A stretch of 62,954 nt of DNA, taken from assembly GCF_006345805.1 (NCBI RefSeq), contig NW_021833653.1, forward strand, positions 1 through 62,954, given 5' to 3'. This document shows positions 1 through 12,347 of the stretch, in pieces. Under the pieces are notes generated by a model. The model had not been told where the DNA came from and did not search any database. It worked only from the letters and a program-made list of their open reading frames with translations. Within the stretch, counting starts at the first letter, position 1. Each line of letters starts with the position of its first letter. Made by a program: the position numbers and the translations under genes. The DNA is from Octopus sinensis. Taxonomy: Eukaryota.

Positions 1-145
1 GCTCAAGAAACTACCAGGAATTGTGGCAGAGAAGACGGTGGGATGGAGATGATTAAAAGGCATTTAGTTCCCCCTACCAAAATATAAGCCTGGAAAATAC
101 ACAAGAATCCCTATTTTTTTACGCACCATCTTGGGCTACATGTTG

Positions 146-358
146 GTTTCAAATTTTGGCATAAGGGCAGCAAATTTGTGGAAGTGGGTAAGTCGATTAC
201 ATCGATCCCGGTGCTCGATTGGTATTTTTTTTATCGACCCCGAAACAGTTAAAGGAAAATGTCGACCTCGGAGGAATTAGAACTCAGAATGTAAAGACAG
301 CTGAGATTCTGCTAAACATTTTTCACGACGTCCTAACGATTCTGCCAGCTTGCCGCCT
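146..358 (-). mobile_element. SINE family C, diverged copy
   Basis: Reverse complement of ggcggcgagctggcagaa...ttctgagttcaaattccgccgaggtcgactttgcctttcatcctttcggggtcgataaa, a sequence that recurs many times in the window. Confidence 0.8.
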
Positions 359-479
359 TGATGTGCGCTAAATATCAATGGGCTTTCTTGCTGGTTCAAG
401 CTTTTTTCTTGAGGTGTCCGTTCATTGTTTGGAGTCCCATTTAACAATATAGCGTGTAAGAATAAATGATCATAGTAAT

Positions 480-925
480 GCGGGAGACATCACCCGCTGT
501 ACTTGGCCATCAAGTGCTTTTAACAGAGACCAATATGTCACAAACAAATAAGCCAGGCCTGCGGTCTGAGTATAGAAGAGGCCCTTCGAGTTTTTGAATG
601 GCCTGGTGAGCCATCAAAATTCTCATAGAAATCGACCCATCATAAACAATGATGTGGCTATTAAAATTCAGAACAGAACGTGAGTAACATGTGGAAGGGT
701 GTGCCTCTCAGTTGGAGGTCTAAAAAGACATGTTAAGAGAGTGCATATGGTGGCACCTATTTCTCATGCTAGCCAGCACAGTTGTCTAGTATGTAATAGC
801 TAGTATGTAAAAGCTTGACCGGGCTTAAAAGTCATATAAGGGCATCACATGGCAACAATCATGAATCATTTCAGTAAGTCTTCTTGGCAATGGATTTTCT
901 CGTGTAACGAGGATGCAGCTGTGAT
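480..925 (+). mobile_element. RTE-clade LINE 3' fragment with two degenerate C-terminal C2H2 fingers
   Basis: Reads T*VTCGRVCLSVGGLKRHVKRVH (678-746) and CLVCN..VCKSLTGLKSHIRASH (783-850), preceded by an RTE-like W..AFNRD motif; contains stops and frameshifts. Confidence 0.6.
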
Positions 926-934
926 ATATATACG

Positions 935-984
<50 letters not shown>

Positions 985-998
985 AGAATAAGAGAGAA
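935..998. repeat. (GA)n microsatellite
   Basis: Seen directly in the sequence. Confidence 0.95.
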
Positions 999-1427
999 AT
1001 AACCGCTTTCATTCTCTCCGACTAGAAGTTACAAATAATATAAAATTTGTACCGAATTTTCCTCCTTCGATCAGGCCATAAAGAATGCACTTTTCTTTTA
1101 TTCTAGCAGTGTGTTTTCTATACACGTGGTCCTTTGAGGAGGTTTGGCTGTAATTTCTAACAAACAGTTCTTATATACAAACGCTCTCAATAACAGTAAC
1201 ACCTGACTTGTGTAGGAAACTTGTTATGTCCTGCGGCAATCGATGTGCGGATGAGATCTCTAACAAAGGTCTGCAAACATCATACTAAGTGTATTTAGTT
1301 CATATTTATATATCTTTCGATTAATATTATAGTTTTGAATTAATTGAAGCATCTTGGGGTTTGGTCGTTCTCTCATTTTGCACATGAGACATCCCGACGA
1401 AACTCGTATAATGGTTATTAACATTTA

Positions 1428-1851
1428 GGCGCAGGAGTGGCTGTGTGGTAAGTAGCTTGCTTACCAACCACATGGTTCCGGGTTCAGTCCCACTGCGTGG
1501 CACCTTGGGCAAGTGTCTTCTACTATAGCCTTGGACCGACCAAAGCCAAGTGAGTGGATTTGGTAGACGGAAACTGAAAGAAGCCCGTCGTATATATGTA
1601 TATATATATATTATATGTATATGTGTGTGTGCGCGTATGTTTGGGTGTCTGTGTTTGTCCCGCTTACATCGCTTGACAACCGATGCTGGTGTGTTTATGT
1701 CCCCGTCACTTAGCGGTTCGGCAAAAGAGACCGATAGAATAAGTACTAGGCTTACAAAGAATAAGTCCCGGGACCGATTTGCTCGACTAAAGGCGGTGCT
1801 CCAGCATGGCCGCAGTCAACTGACTGAAACAAGTAAAAGAGTAAAAGAGTA
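1428..1851 (+). mobile_element. SINE family A, full length (tRNA-like head, CORE-like accttgggcaagtg, internal TA/TG tract, LINE-like tail)
   Basis: A-box-like tggctgtgtggt, B-box-like ggttcagtccc, tail ggcggtgctccagcatggccgcagtc...gtaaaaga repeats; more than 10 copies in the window. Confidence 0.9.
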
Positions 1852-2046
1852 TTTATTAAGACCATTGCACAAACTTAGATTTTTCACAGAATTTAGCAAA
1901 TGGTTGATCGTATTTTTGAAACCAATTACGAATTTGTACGTTTACTAGCTTTTCCGAAATTTAAAAATTATAAATCATTCTCATTTCTTGCTCGCTACTG
2001 TATGTGCATATACATGCAGATACATACATACATATATGCATGTATG

Positions 2047-2255
2047 TGTGACCTCGTGTGTACCGTTGGCGATGTTTTTCCCTCCGTCTTCCCTTCTTTG
2101 GATCTTTCCTTTTCCTATGTTTCTGACGAAGAGCTCCGCTCGAAACGTTAAATCCTCCTTCTTTCTTTCCTTTCCTGAGCGTCCAATAATACTATACTTG
2201 TTCCTCGTCCTCGCGTTGTTGTGTTTCTCTTTGTGTTTTCATGTTTAGATTAACT
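2047..2255 (+). mobile_element. H1 ~210-bp non-coding element with a hammerhead motif (PLE pseudo-LTR-like), copy 1
   Basis: Four homologous copies share both ends and are flanked by TA/CA microsatellites. Confidence 0.75.
2119..2153 (+). ncRNA. Minimal type-I hammerhead ribozyme motif
   Basis: GTTT-CTGACGA-A-GAGC(TCC)GCTC-GAAA-CG-TT-AAAT: conserved core, stem II hairpin, palindromic ACGT stem III, stem I gttt/aaat. Confidence 0.75.
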
Positions 2256-2748
2256 TTATATATACACACATACATTCATACGTTCTCACACATACACACA
2301 CACATATATATATATATATATACACACATATTTATCTATATGATTTAGGTGTGTATACATATGCTCAAAATCTATTTCTGTCTATTATGTATTATTCGTT
2401 CTGTGTGTGTATATGTATGTGTTTGTGTGTGCACGCGTATATGAGTGTATACGAAGAAAACAAGAAACAGAAATGTTTAAGGAGCTAAGCGACTAGACTC
2501 TTCATGTATCGATATTGAACACTAATTGAGAAGGTTTTCCTTGCCAAAACTTTCAATGATGGAAATTTGATTCTCGTTATATTCATGTTATGCTATTAGT
2601 GCGAGATGTTATTTCGCATTTTCACATTCATGTATATATACACATATATATATATATATACATATATATATAGATATATATATATATATATATATAAACA
2701 CACACACACACACACACCTATACCCACAGATATATATATATATATATG

Positions 2749-2782
<34 letters not shown>

Positions 2783-3077
2783 GATATATATATACATATA
2801 TATATATATCACCTCGTTGTGATTAACACAAGGATAAATTTGTCGTCTGTGAGTATGTAATCCCTCCTCATATCTCTGGAAATTCATATGTGCACTATGG
2901 ATTAGGTCACCTTCTCTGTGATGCTATTAAAACTTTTTTAAAATTCTGTGATAAGACTGTACATCATCTTTAAAGAACTTTAATGAAATTTGGAAATCTG
3001 TTTATGGTTACTTAATTATCTACATTACTTCATGAGTATAGCCTCAACCACTAGGATGTCTAGAGAACTCACATGTA

Positions 3078-3166
3078 TTTTAGCTGATGAGTACGGGACA
3101 CGTTTAATGCTGTAATTTTCACAACTTTTATAAAGCCTGTCCTTGTATGAAACGATTGTAATAAAA
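3078..3166 (+). ncRNA. Type-I hammerhead ribozyme motif with a long stem II loop
   Basis: tttta-g-CTGATGA-GTACGGGACA...TGTCCTTGTAT-GAAA-C(GATT)G-TA-a-taaaa, inside a ~390-bp segment between two TA arrays. Confidence 0.65.
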
Positions 3167-4463
3167 ACCTATCCATTCTTGTTGCTTCTTTCTCGCGTAT
3201 ATATATATATAATATATATATATATAATATATATGTATATATATTATATATTTATATGTATTTATGCATAGATGCTATTTGCAATGTGCGTGCACCTCAT
3301 TAGTCGAGCGCATTTAAACAAAAATTTCTTGAAAATTCAGTTGGATCGGAAGCAATTATCGTTGTGTGTGTATATATGTGTGCATATGTTATGCAAATAT
3401 TATATATATGAAATATATATATATATATATATATAATATAAACAATGTATAAATCTATATTTTATAATGATATAATATATATAATATATATATATATATT
3501 ATATATATATATATATAATATATATATATATATATACAGGCGTGTGCGCGCGTGTATGTGCATTTAAATTTGTATATTTCAGATAGTGATCGCCAGAGAC
3601 AGTCACAACGAATAATTTTGCATCTGAAATTGTGTTGTCGAATTACAGTAATCTTCCTCACGAATCTTTAATCACTATTTCTAGTAAGAATTATATCTGT
3701 GTGTGTCCGTGCATGTGTATATGCGCTTGTCTATGTCTCTACGGCGTATATAATTGTGTACAGCTCAACGTATGTGCTTATATATTTACAGATATATATA
3801 TAGATCTCCGCTTACAAATAAATATTCGTGTTAAATCCTGTCGCAAACATACACGCATATACACGAAATTTTCCTTACAAATAAACATTTCAACATCCTC
3901 GCAGGCACACACACGCGCACATACACACAAACTCAAAAGAAATAGAAATACACACGATGCTGATATATAGATATTTTATAAATACCTTCAGATTAATATA
4001 TGAATCAGCATATATTTCTTACTAAAATGTAAAAATTTAAGATCTACTCTTCTTTATATTTAATATACAAATATTTTTATATGAACATATTTGTTTAATA
4101 TTTGCAAACACATGCAATGCGTGTATATACATATATGTATATAACAATTTTAGACCATAGAACGCAGAGTAGATAAACGAAAGACTTTAAAAGAGTTAAA
4201 TCGAAGGAAATTAAAGATCCTGAAGAAACTGCACCAGTATTATAGAAGGGCTGCAATTGTAACGGTTGCTAAGCAATGCAGGAGAAACATGTGTACGTCT
4301 GTGTAAAGCTGTATATACATATATTATATGTATGTATATATATATGTGTATGTATATTTATATATATATATATATAAATAAATGTGTGTGTGTGTGAGTG
4401 TGTATATATATCTATCTATATATATATATATATATCTGTAAATGTAATATTTCGGTAGCCAAA

Positions 4464-4522
4464 ATAAAACTCCGAGTTTCGAATGCCGAGGTGGAAATTC
4501 ACGCCACCATCTTTTCAGTTAT
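4464..4522 (-). ncRNA. Degenerate hammerhead motif, family H3
   Basis: Minus strand reads ATAA-CTGAAAA-GATG...CATTC-GAAA-CTC(G)GAG-TT-TTAT; homologous to 56709-56767. Confidence 0.5.
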
Positions 4523-5059
4523 CTGGCCATCGGAAAAACGCTATGAAAAATGACCGTTATACAAAGGGAAATTACAGTGTTATTGACCGCTATTAAGACA
4601 AAAGAGCTATTTGAATGACCACCAAGTAATGTAAGGGGGTAAAAAGTTCATAGTATTCGCGTAAGCGCGCCTGTTCATACCTATACATGTTTTTATCAAC
4701 ATATATATATACATATATATATTTATTTATTTATTTATATATATGTATATATATATGTATGTATGTATGCATAATGAACAAAAGGTAATGTTATGTCTCT
4801 TGTTTTTATTATTGTTTATATATATATAGCTGAAGAATTAAATTTTATATTAATCAAAGGACACACTGAGTATGTCTACCTGCTGGAAATAATAGTCAAT
4901 ATCCATATTTAAACCGCTGAAAATGAAAAAAAGTCACTGGTAATAACTACAGAAATAAACCGTCAACGAGAGTTAATGGTAACTTCGCAAACATTTTCTT
5001 GTGAATTAATAAGGCATTAAAACAGAATCATTCTCTTCAGACATCCACTACACACATTT

Positions 5060-5228
5060 TTTATCTCTCCTTGTTTCTCTGTTGCTTTTTTTTTCTGTGT
5101 CCTTTTCTGTAGCAGAGCGTAGGCTCGAAACGTAAAAGACTTTTTCGATTCCTGAGCGTTATACTAATACATCTGTTTGCTTTGTACACCACCGTCTTCG
5201 TCTTTTGTTGCTTTTTTTCGTAAGCTCT

Positions 5229-5232
<4 letters not shown>
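5060..5232 (+). mobile_element. H2 element (H1-related) with a degenerate hammerhead at 5102-5138
   Basis: ctttt-CTGTAGC-A-GAGC(GTAG)GCTC-GAAA-CG-TA-AAAG followed by ttcctgagcgtt as in H1; ends in (TA)n. Confidence 0.6.
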
Positions 5233-5292
<60 letters not shown>

Positions 5293-5915
5293 ATGTTAGA
5301 GTGACATAATCGAGTGAGTATTTGTTGCCTCTTTCACTGTCCGTATTACCGTAAGACGCCGGGCATATAATAAGGAGATAGTCCTGTGTGCAGAATACGG
5401 GTCATGTAAACAATATTAATAAAATATATTGAAGGAATAACTATGTAAACCTTAGAGATACGGGGAGATTATAATGAATGGAATCATATTCTGAAGTTTA
5501 TAATAAATTTCCTGATTAAAAGGACTTGAAATATCCTCCAATTTGTGAAACAAAACTCTGTCTCCGATTATTACAATGCGCGTTCGTTATGTCTTTAGGT
5601 ATGTTTGAAGAATATTACGTAATGTTACAGTAGGGGAGGAGAAAAATTAATCACGGATTAAAATGTACGTATGTAAATGTTAAATGCAGCGGTTGAAAGA
5701 TGGAGGCAAAGAGTTGGTTTGAAAAATACGCAAACAATTACACAGAAAGATGAGGGGATGAGGCGGGGGAATAGGTAGGATGTGAGAGAGATGGCAAAAA
5801 GACAGTAAGAGAAGTCACACAAACAACTGCATAATTTTACGATATTTTCTGATCTTAAATTTTAGATATAATTATAAAATTAAGTTATATACATACATGC
5901 GTATAAAAATTGTCC

Positions 5916-5961
<46 letters not shown>

Positions 5962-6336
5962 TGTGTGTGAGTGTGTTTACATATATAAATATATATAAAT
6001 ATGTATAAATATGTATAAACATACACGCACATATATAGAGATAGATAGATATGTATATACGTACATAAATATATATAAATATGTATATACATATATATAT
6101 AAATATATACAAATGTGTATATTTTGTGTTGTTTAGAAATATTTCGTTATCCAGCATGTATGTAAAATTAAGATTATATCAAACCATAAATATTGAATAT
6201 AATGAAAAATAATGAAAAATGTAATTTTTTTCCACTGGTACACAACGCAAATACTAAACAATTTCCATATTTATTATATATTCATACATACATATTTATA
6301 TATCTATGTTTGTTATACAAACACACACAAAATATA

Positions 6337-6425
<89 letters not shown>
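6337..6425. repeat. Pure (TA)n array
   Basis: Seen directly in the sequence. Confidence 0.95.
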
Positions 6426-6427
<2 letters not shown>

Positions 6428-6429
<2 letters not shown>

Positions 6430-6590
6430 GGAAAGGTTTACGAAAATAAACAAGACGAAGGCAGGTGGAGTACAAACAAACAAATGTATTAGTATGGCGC
6501 TCAGGAATAGAAATAGAAAAATTCTTTTACATTTCGAGCCTACGCTCTTCGGCATAAAGATACACAGAAAAGAAACCAGGAGAGAAACAA
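6428..6590 (-). mobile_element. H2 element copy 2 with a degenerate hammerhead at 6523-6560
   Basis: Minus strand reads tcttt-ATGCCGA-A-GAGC(GTAG)GCTC-GAAA-TG-TA-AAAGA; homologous to 5060-5232. Confidence 0.6.
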
Positions 6591-7153
6591 TATATATATA
6601 TAGGATAAATGTAAAAAAACACAAACTGGGACAACAACGCAAAACATTTAGAAGACGATACAAAAAAACGGATGGGACATTCGAAGCCTTCGATCTTCAG
6701 GCAAAAACCGGATCATCTTCGCAATTTCGGCTGATTAATATACATGTAAATTTATTCACACAACATAAAAAAGAGTATACGCATATAAGGTAAAGGAATA
6801 AGACAGGTGCTTTATCAGCACTCTGACGTTGTGGTTTCAAATTTTAGCAGAAGGGGCTGGGGCCCATCATTCAAATTGTACTTATTTTATCGACTTCAAA
6901 ACGACGAAGGAGCATTCTGATATACTCCAGTTCTAGCTAACCAAACCAAATTATAGGCAACACATGAATCTGTTTAAAGATAAATAATTACACTGTACTT
7001 CAATCAGTTAGCAATATAGAGTGTTCACTTCATCAGATTTCATACAAAATACAGATTATACACAAGATACGAGGAAGAATGGAGAATTATACATCTTCAA
7101 AATTTGTTTATTATAACATTATTGCCATTAAACTGACATCAGATTCCAGCGTG

Positions 7154-7231
7154 ACACGTGTTTCTGTTGCATAAATGTCCTTAAATGCTACATCGAAATA
7201 TATTAGATGCTTATGCGACAGAAACACGTGT
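7154..7231 (+). other. Isolated hairpin with a 26-bp stem and 26-nt loop
   Basis: acacgtgtttctgttgcataaatgtc pairs with gatgcttatgcgacagaaacacgtgt (3 G-U pairs, 1 mismatch). Confidence 0.7.
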
Positions 7232-7295
7232 GGGATTGGTACCCGAAGTGAATTTAATAAAAATGATACTTTCATAATCACATGCATATACATGC

Positions 7296-7339
<44 letters not shown>

Positions 7340-8116
7340 ATATTTATATATACGTATATCTATATCTATATATATATATACACGTACATATATATCTATA
7401 TATATATATACGTACATATATATATATACGTACATATATATATACACGTACATATATATATATATAAATATACATATATCAAAATGTACGAAAACAAAAC
7501 ATGTAGTAGCTTTCGTTGTTTTCGTAGTAACACGACAAATATTTTTAGCAAAAGAATACCATTTTCAGATCCAATTGTGTTTCGTAACAATTTTCTCCTT
7601 TCTTTTCTTTCACAATATACAAATCTTTTGAGTAGTCAGTGATTTAATTTTTAGACTATAATCGTGTTGTGAAATCCGACTTGTTATGTAAAAGAAAGCA
7701 GATACAAAATATAATGAATTTTATCATTCCATTTCATATTTCTTCAGAAGAAAATACTCAAATGAACTTTTTTCAAATAAAGACACACAAACAAACGTTG
7801 CAATATATTTTTAAATACTTCTTTCAATGGAAACAGATTATTCTCCTCTCTATCTTTCTGCCTTCCTCAAGTTTTAGATATATTTATATATATATATATA
7901 TATGCAATATATATATGCAACACACACAGGCAACACACACACCACACTATATATATATACATACATATATATATATATGCACATGTATATATTTCACACA
8001 TATATATATATATATATATATATTTCCATATATATATATATATATATATACATACGTATATATACACATAGTATATATGACATACGTATATACACATAAC
8101 TATATATACACATACG

Positions 8117-8149
<33 letters not shown>

Positions 8150-8393
8150 ATATGTACGTGTATATACTATATATATACCCCATAAACATATATATGCATA
8201 GATTTATCGAGATAACCATATATCTATAACCATATAGAGATATGCATATATATATATATATCTATAATATATATATATATATATATATAACATATGTTCA
8301 TATAGATGACGATATATCTATATCTAGGCATATACAAATATGTACTTATGTATGCATGTGTATGTGTGTGTCTATGTGTGTGTGTGTGTATGT

Positions 8394-8427
<34 letters not shown>

Positions 8428-9106
8428 ACGTGTGCATTCGTATTTCTCTTTGTTGGAGAGATGAAAAGAAACAGATGGCGACGGTGTTACAGTCTTTGTT
8501 AAGTTTAACCAACGATGCGGTGATTGTTAAAGAAATAAAGCTGCAATATTTAGTATAAAGTAGATTAGATTAGATTAGTTTTATACTTAGATTTAGATTT
8601 ACATTATATTAAATTGAATTGGACGAACAAGCGTTTCTGCCCGGCTTGCTGGTGCGTCGGTTTGTCGGTCGGTTCCTTTCTTGCTTTGTCGCTTGTTAAA
8701 CGTTCATATTGTTGTACAGATTCATAATGTTGTTTTATTGTAAGCGGACGTTGGCTGTGGTATGATCTTGTCAGTGTGTGTAGTAACTGGTTTTGAACAT
8801 TCGTTGCTATTTTTGGCTACTTTTGTTGGTTGCAATTAGAGACTGTGGTTAATTTTGGTTGGCGGGGTGGCATACTTCTTATGACGTTGAGCCCTTCATA
8901 GAATCGCTGATGAATTACCATCCCAAAGTCATGTAAATTTCCATTCTAGAATCAAAATGTATAATTGATAAAAAAAAAATCTATTCATTTACATTCCCCG
9001 TTCTTTTATGTCATTATAGCTTTTAAATTAAAAAAATACATGTGGAAATTTAGTGAAAATGCTTAACAAAATTGATAAGGAGCAATAAAAAATTTAGTCA
9101 AATATA

Positions 9107-9291
9107 GTGGGGGCACAATGTTCCAGTGGTTAGGCAGCGGACTCGCGTTCGTAGGATCACAGTTTCGATTTCCAGACCGGGCGTTGTGAGTCTTTATCAA
9201 GCGAAAACACCTAAAGCTCCACGAGGCTCCGGCAGGTGGTGGTGTGAAAGCTGCTGAACTCTTTCACCACAACTTTCTCTCACACTTTCTT
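9107..9291 (+). mobile_element. SINE family B, 5' half
   Basis: tRNA-like head gtgg..gcacaatg..cagtggttagg...gtttcgatt.cc; homologous to the full copies at 18820, 42036, 50203 and 62288. Confidence 0.85.
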
Positions 9292-9775
9292 CGAGGCCAG
9301 CAAAAGACGGGCATGGTCTATCACAGACTGTGTACACAAAAAGGTCATAGTCACTCACCTTCCCGATCGTTACATCCTTCCTTAGATCTCTTTTGAGTCT
9401 TACTTGCGTTATCCTAGCGTCTGCAAATGCTTTCACTGCACTCCACACATTTGTTCGCCATCCAACTCGATTCGAAGCAAGGGTTTCTATATCTTCTGGA
9501 ACCATTCCAAGTGATTTCATAGTAGTTCTTATGCCGTCCTTAATCCTTTTTTTAGGTTTACATCGATAGCAAGCTCACCATAAAACACCTTTTCCGTCAT
9601 GCGCTCATCTGCCATTCGAACAGTATGGCCACACCATCACAATTGATTTCTCAAAATCATAGCTTTAATTGAGGTGATGCCTGCAAATGCAAGGACATCT
9701 GTGTCTGGAATAAAAGAACTCCATTTAATATTTAAAATGCGATGAAGGCAGTTTTAGTAGAATTGTTCTAACTAT
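9292..9775 (-). mobile_element. RTE (BovB-like) LINE ORF 3' fragment, decayed
   Basis: CLHRILNIKWSSFIPDTDVL...QL*WCGHTVRMADERMTEKVFYGEL...KPKKRIKD...LASNRVGWRTNV...VCDRPCPSFAGL matches the typical RTE C-terminus. Confidence 0.85.
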
Positions 9776-9957
9776 TTGAAATGCCTTTCTTAACAAGTCC
9801 AAGTTTCACAGGAATACAACAGTGATGGTAAAACATATGGTATGTAAAGATCCAGTATATATATATATATATATTGTACACATATACATAACTATATCTA
9901 TATACATCATATACATGCATACATATATTTACACACACACATACACACACTTATGTA

Positions 9958-10341
9958 TGTGGTAAGTAGCTTGCTAACCAACCACATGGTTCCGGGTTCA
10001 GTCCCACTGCGTGGCATCTTGAGCAAGTGTCTTCTGCTATAGCCTCGGGCCGATCAAAGCCTTGTGAGTGGATTTGGTAGACGGAAACTGAAAGAAGCCT
10101 GTCGTATATATGTATATATATGTGTGTGTGTATGTGTTTGTGTGTCTGTGTTTGTCCCTCTAGCATTGCTTGACAACCGATGCTGGTGTGTTTACGTCCC
10201 CGTCACTTAACTGTTCGGCAAAAGAGACCGATAGAATAAGTACTGGGCTTACAAAGAATAAGTCCCGGGGTCGATTTGCTCGTCTAAAAGGTGGTGCTCC
10301 AGCATGGTCGCAGTCAAATGACTGAAACAAGTAAAAAAAAA
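9958..10341 (+). mobile_element. SINE family A
   Basis: High similarity to 1428-1851. Confidence 0.9.
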
Positions 10342-10391
10342 ATTTATATATAAATATATATATATATGTATATATATATATATTTTTTTTG

Positions 10392-10431
10392 TAGTTTCAG
10401 CTCAGAGCTGCGGTCATACTGATGCACCGCC
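10392..10431 (-). mobile_element. Isolated LINE 3' tail (same tail as the 38225-38615 LINE)
   Basis: Reverse complement is ggcggtgcatcagtatgaccgcagctctgagctgaaacta. Confidence 0.55.
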
Positions 10432-10447
10432 GTTTAAGTGTGGAAAC

Positions 10448-10598
10448 GAGTACAGCAGGGATCACCACCCCCTGCCGGAGCCTCGTGGAGCTTTTAGGTG
10501 TTTTCGCTCAATAAACACTCACAACGTCGGTCTGGGAATCGAAACCGCGATCCTACGACCGCGAGTCCGCTGCCCTAACCACTAGGCCATTGCTCCTC
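10448..10598 (-). mobile_element. SINE family B, 5' part
   Basis: Homology to the full copies. Confidence 0.85.
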
Positions 10599-11404
10599 AA
10601 TATATATATGTATATATATATGCAGATACGTAGACACGCACTCGCAAAAATATACATACACACATATAATTACACGCTCACACACACGCCCGCACACGCA
10701 CACTCGCATATGGGAATTGAGTAGAGAATTAAATGATATAAAGGAGAAAAGAATTATTAGGCACAAAGTTGTGGGTAAATTTCGTTTGTCTGCAAACAAA
10801 TTATCTCCCAAAGAAATTTTGCCGAGAATTGATAAAATCCGCGATTAAGAAAGAGTACAATCAATAGATTGAATTAATAAACTAGAAAGACACAATAACA
10901 TTTTGTGCTGATCTCGTACACTAATACCTCATACAATTGAAGCAACACAACGTATATGCCTCTAGACATTTTCAACTCCAACTTGTCGTTCGTCTGCGCA
11001 TGTGTTGAAACGAAATACAATTATATTCAGCGCTTTCTTACAATATTTTAAACCACGCTGAAAGACATCAACGCAGATACTTACATAAAAAAAAAGTTAT
11101 TTATTTCAGCATACAGATAAGACAAATAATTTCATCCATATATAAATATATGAAGGTATGTTAATATATAGGAAGTGGACAGACTCCAGCACACACACAT
11201 AAACGGTATATATATACAGTCACATATAAATTTACGCAATCATATTTACACACAAGCACACATGAACACAACACGACCACACAAATATGTTCACACAAAA
11301 AGAAACACATTTACAGCCATATGTAGGCACATATTAAGTAACATATTCACATACAGATGAAATATTCATGGACATCTGTCTCTCTCTCTATATATACATA
11401 TATA

Positions 11405-11445
<41 letters not shown>

Positions 11446-11447
11446 GT

Positions 11448-11656
11448 ATCCAAACATGAAAACACAAAGAGAAAATACAACAACGCGAGGACGTGGAACA
11501 CGTGTAGTGTTATTGGACGCTCAGGAAAGGAAAGGAAAGAAGGAGGATTTAACGTTTCGAGCGGAGCTCTTCGTCAGAAACATAGGAAAAGGATCGATCC
11601 AAGGAAGGGAAGACGGGGGAAGAAATCGCTAACGATTCACACGCGGTCACATTTTG
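11448..11656 (-). mobile_element. H1 element copy 2, with an intact hammerhead core at 11547-11581
   Basis: Reverse complement reads gtttCTGACGAaGAGCtccGCTCGAAAcgttaaat. Confidence 0.75.
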
Positions 11657-11896
11657 AATGACCGGAAGGGAATGGGTGAAGAAAAAGTTCTAGGCTTCGG
11701 TAGGCAATGCAAAGGAGAAAAGCGTCTGCGAATATACCAACTCCACTGACCTGTAATCTTTATACTTGCAACATCTGTGGCTTTCTTTACAAATCGGCAG
11801 CGCGACTTAAATGTCTCATTCGACATAAGCATTATGACTGACAAAGAAAGAGTACCATGTCGGAGTCTCATACACGAAACTGACAGGAGAGCACGA
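11657..11896 (+). mobile_element. RTE-like LINE 3' end with a degenerate C2H2 finger
   Basis: Reads LYTCNICGFLYKSAARLKCLIRHKHYD*, followed by a short UTR and TA repeats. Confidence 0.55.
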
Positions 11897-11910
11897 TATA
11901 TATATATATA

Positions 11911-12142
11911 TGACCTCGAGAGTACCGTTGGCGATTTTTTCCTCTGTCTTTCCTTCTCGGGATCTTTCCTTCTCGGGATCTTTCCTTCTCGGGATCTTTC
12001 CTTCTCCTATGTTTCCGACGAAGAGCTCCGCTCGAAACGTTAAACGCTCCTTCTTCCCTTCTTTCCTGAGCGTCCAATAATACTTTAGTTGTTCCACGTC
12101 CTCGCGTTGTTGTGTTTTTGTGTTTTCTTGTATGGATTAACT
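11911..12142 (+). mobile_element. H1 element copy 3 (hammerhead 12011-12045, core CCGACGA) with an internal 16-bp tandem repeat
   Basis: Homology to the other H1 copies; ctttccttctcgggat repeated about 3.7 times at 11948-12007. Confidence 0.75.
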
Positions 12143-12148
12143 ATATAT

Positions 12149-12194
<46 letters not shown>

Positions 12195-12347
12195 ACACAC
12201 ACGCACACACACGCACACACACACATATATATATATATATGTATGTATAGACGATAAGAAAATGGAGGAAGAATAACAATGAAAAGTGTGTCTTTTGCGC
12301 TAGGAAGCCATTAAATAATTAGCTAAGAAAAGTGAGAGGAAAGGTGA

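Noticed and set aside
678-850. C2H2 zinc-finger host gene exon
   Set aside because: In-frame stop and frameshift, no TGEKP linkers, and RTE-like upstream context; treated as a LINE relic.
1327-1948. Recurring ORFs such as MPKVPRSGTEPGTMWLVSKLLTTQP and MSGFGRRKLKEARR
   Set aside because: These are reading frames through SINE A and recur wherever the SINE does.
6675-6740. Hammerhead-like words on the minus strand (CAGCC-GAAA and CTGAAGA-tcGAAG/CTTC-GAAT)
   Set aside because: The first lacks its 5' core and the second lacks GAAA and stem I; not counted as a ribozyme.
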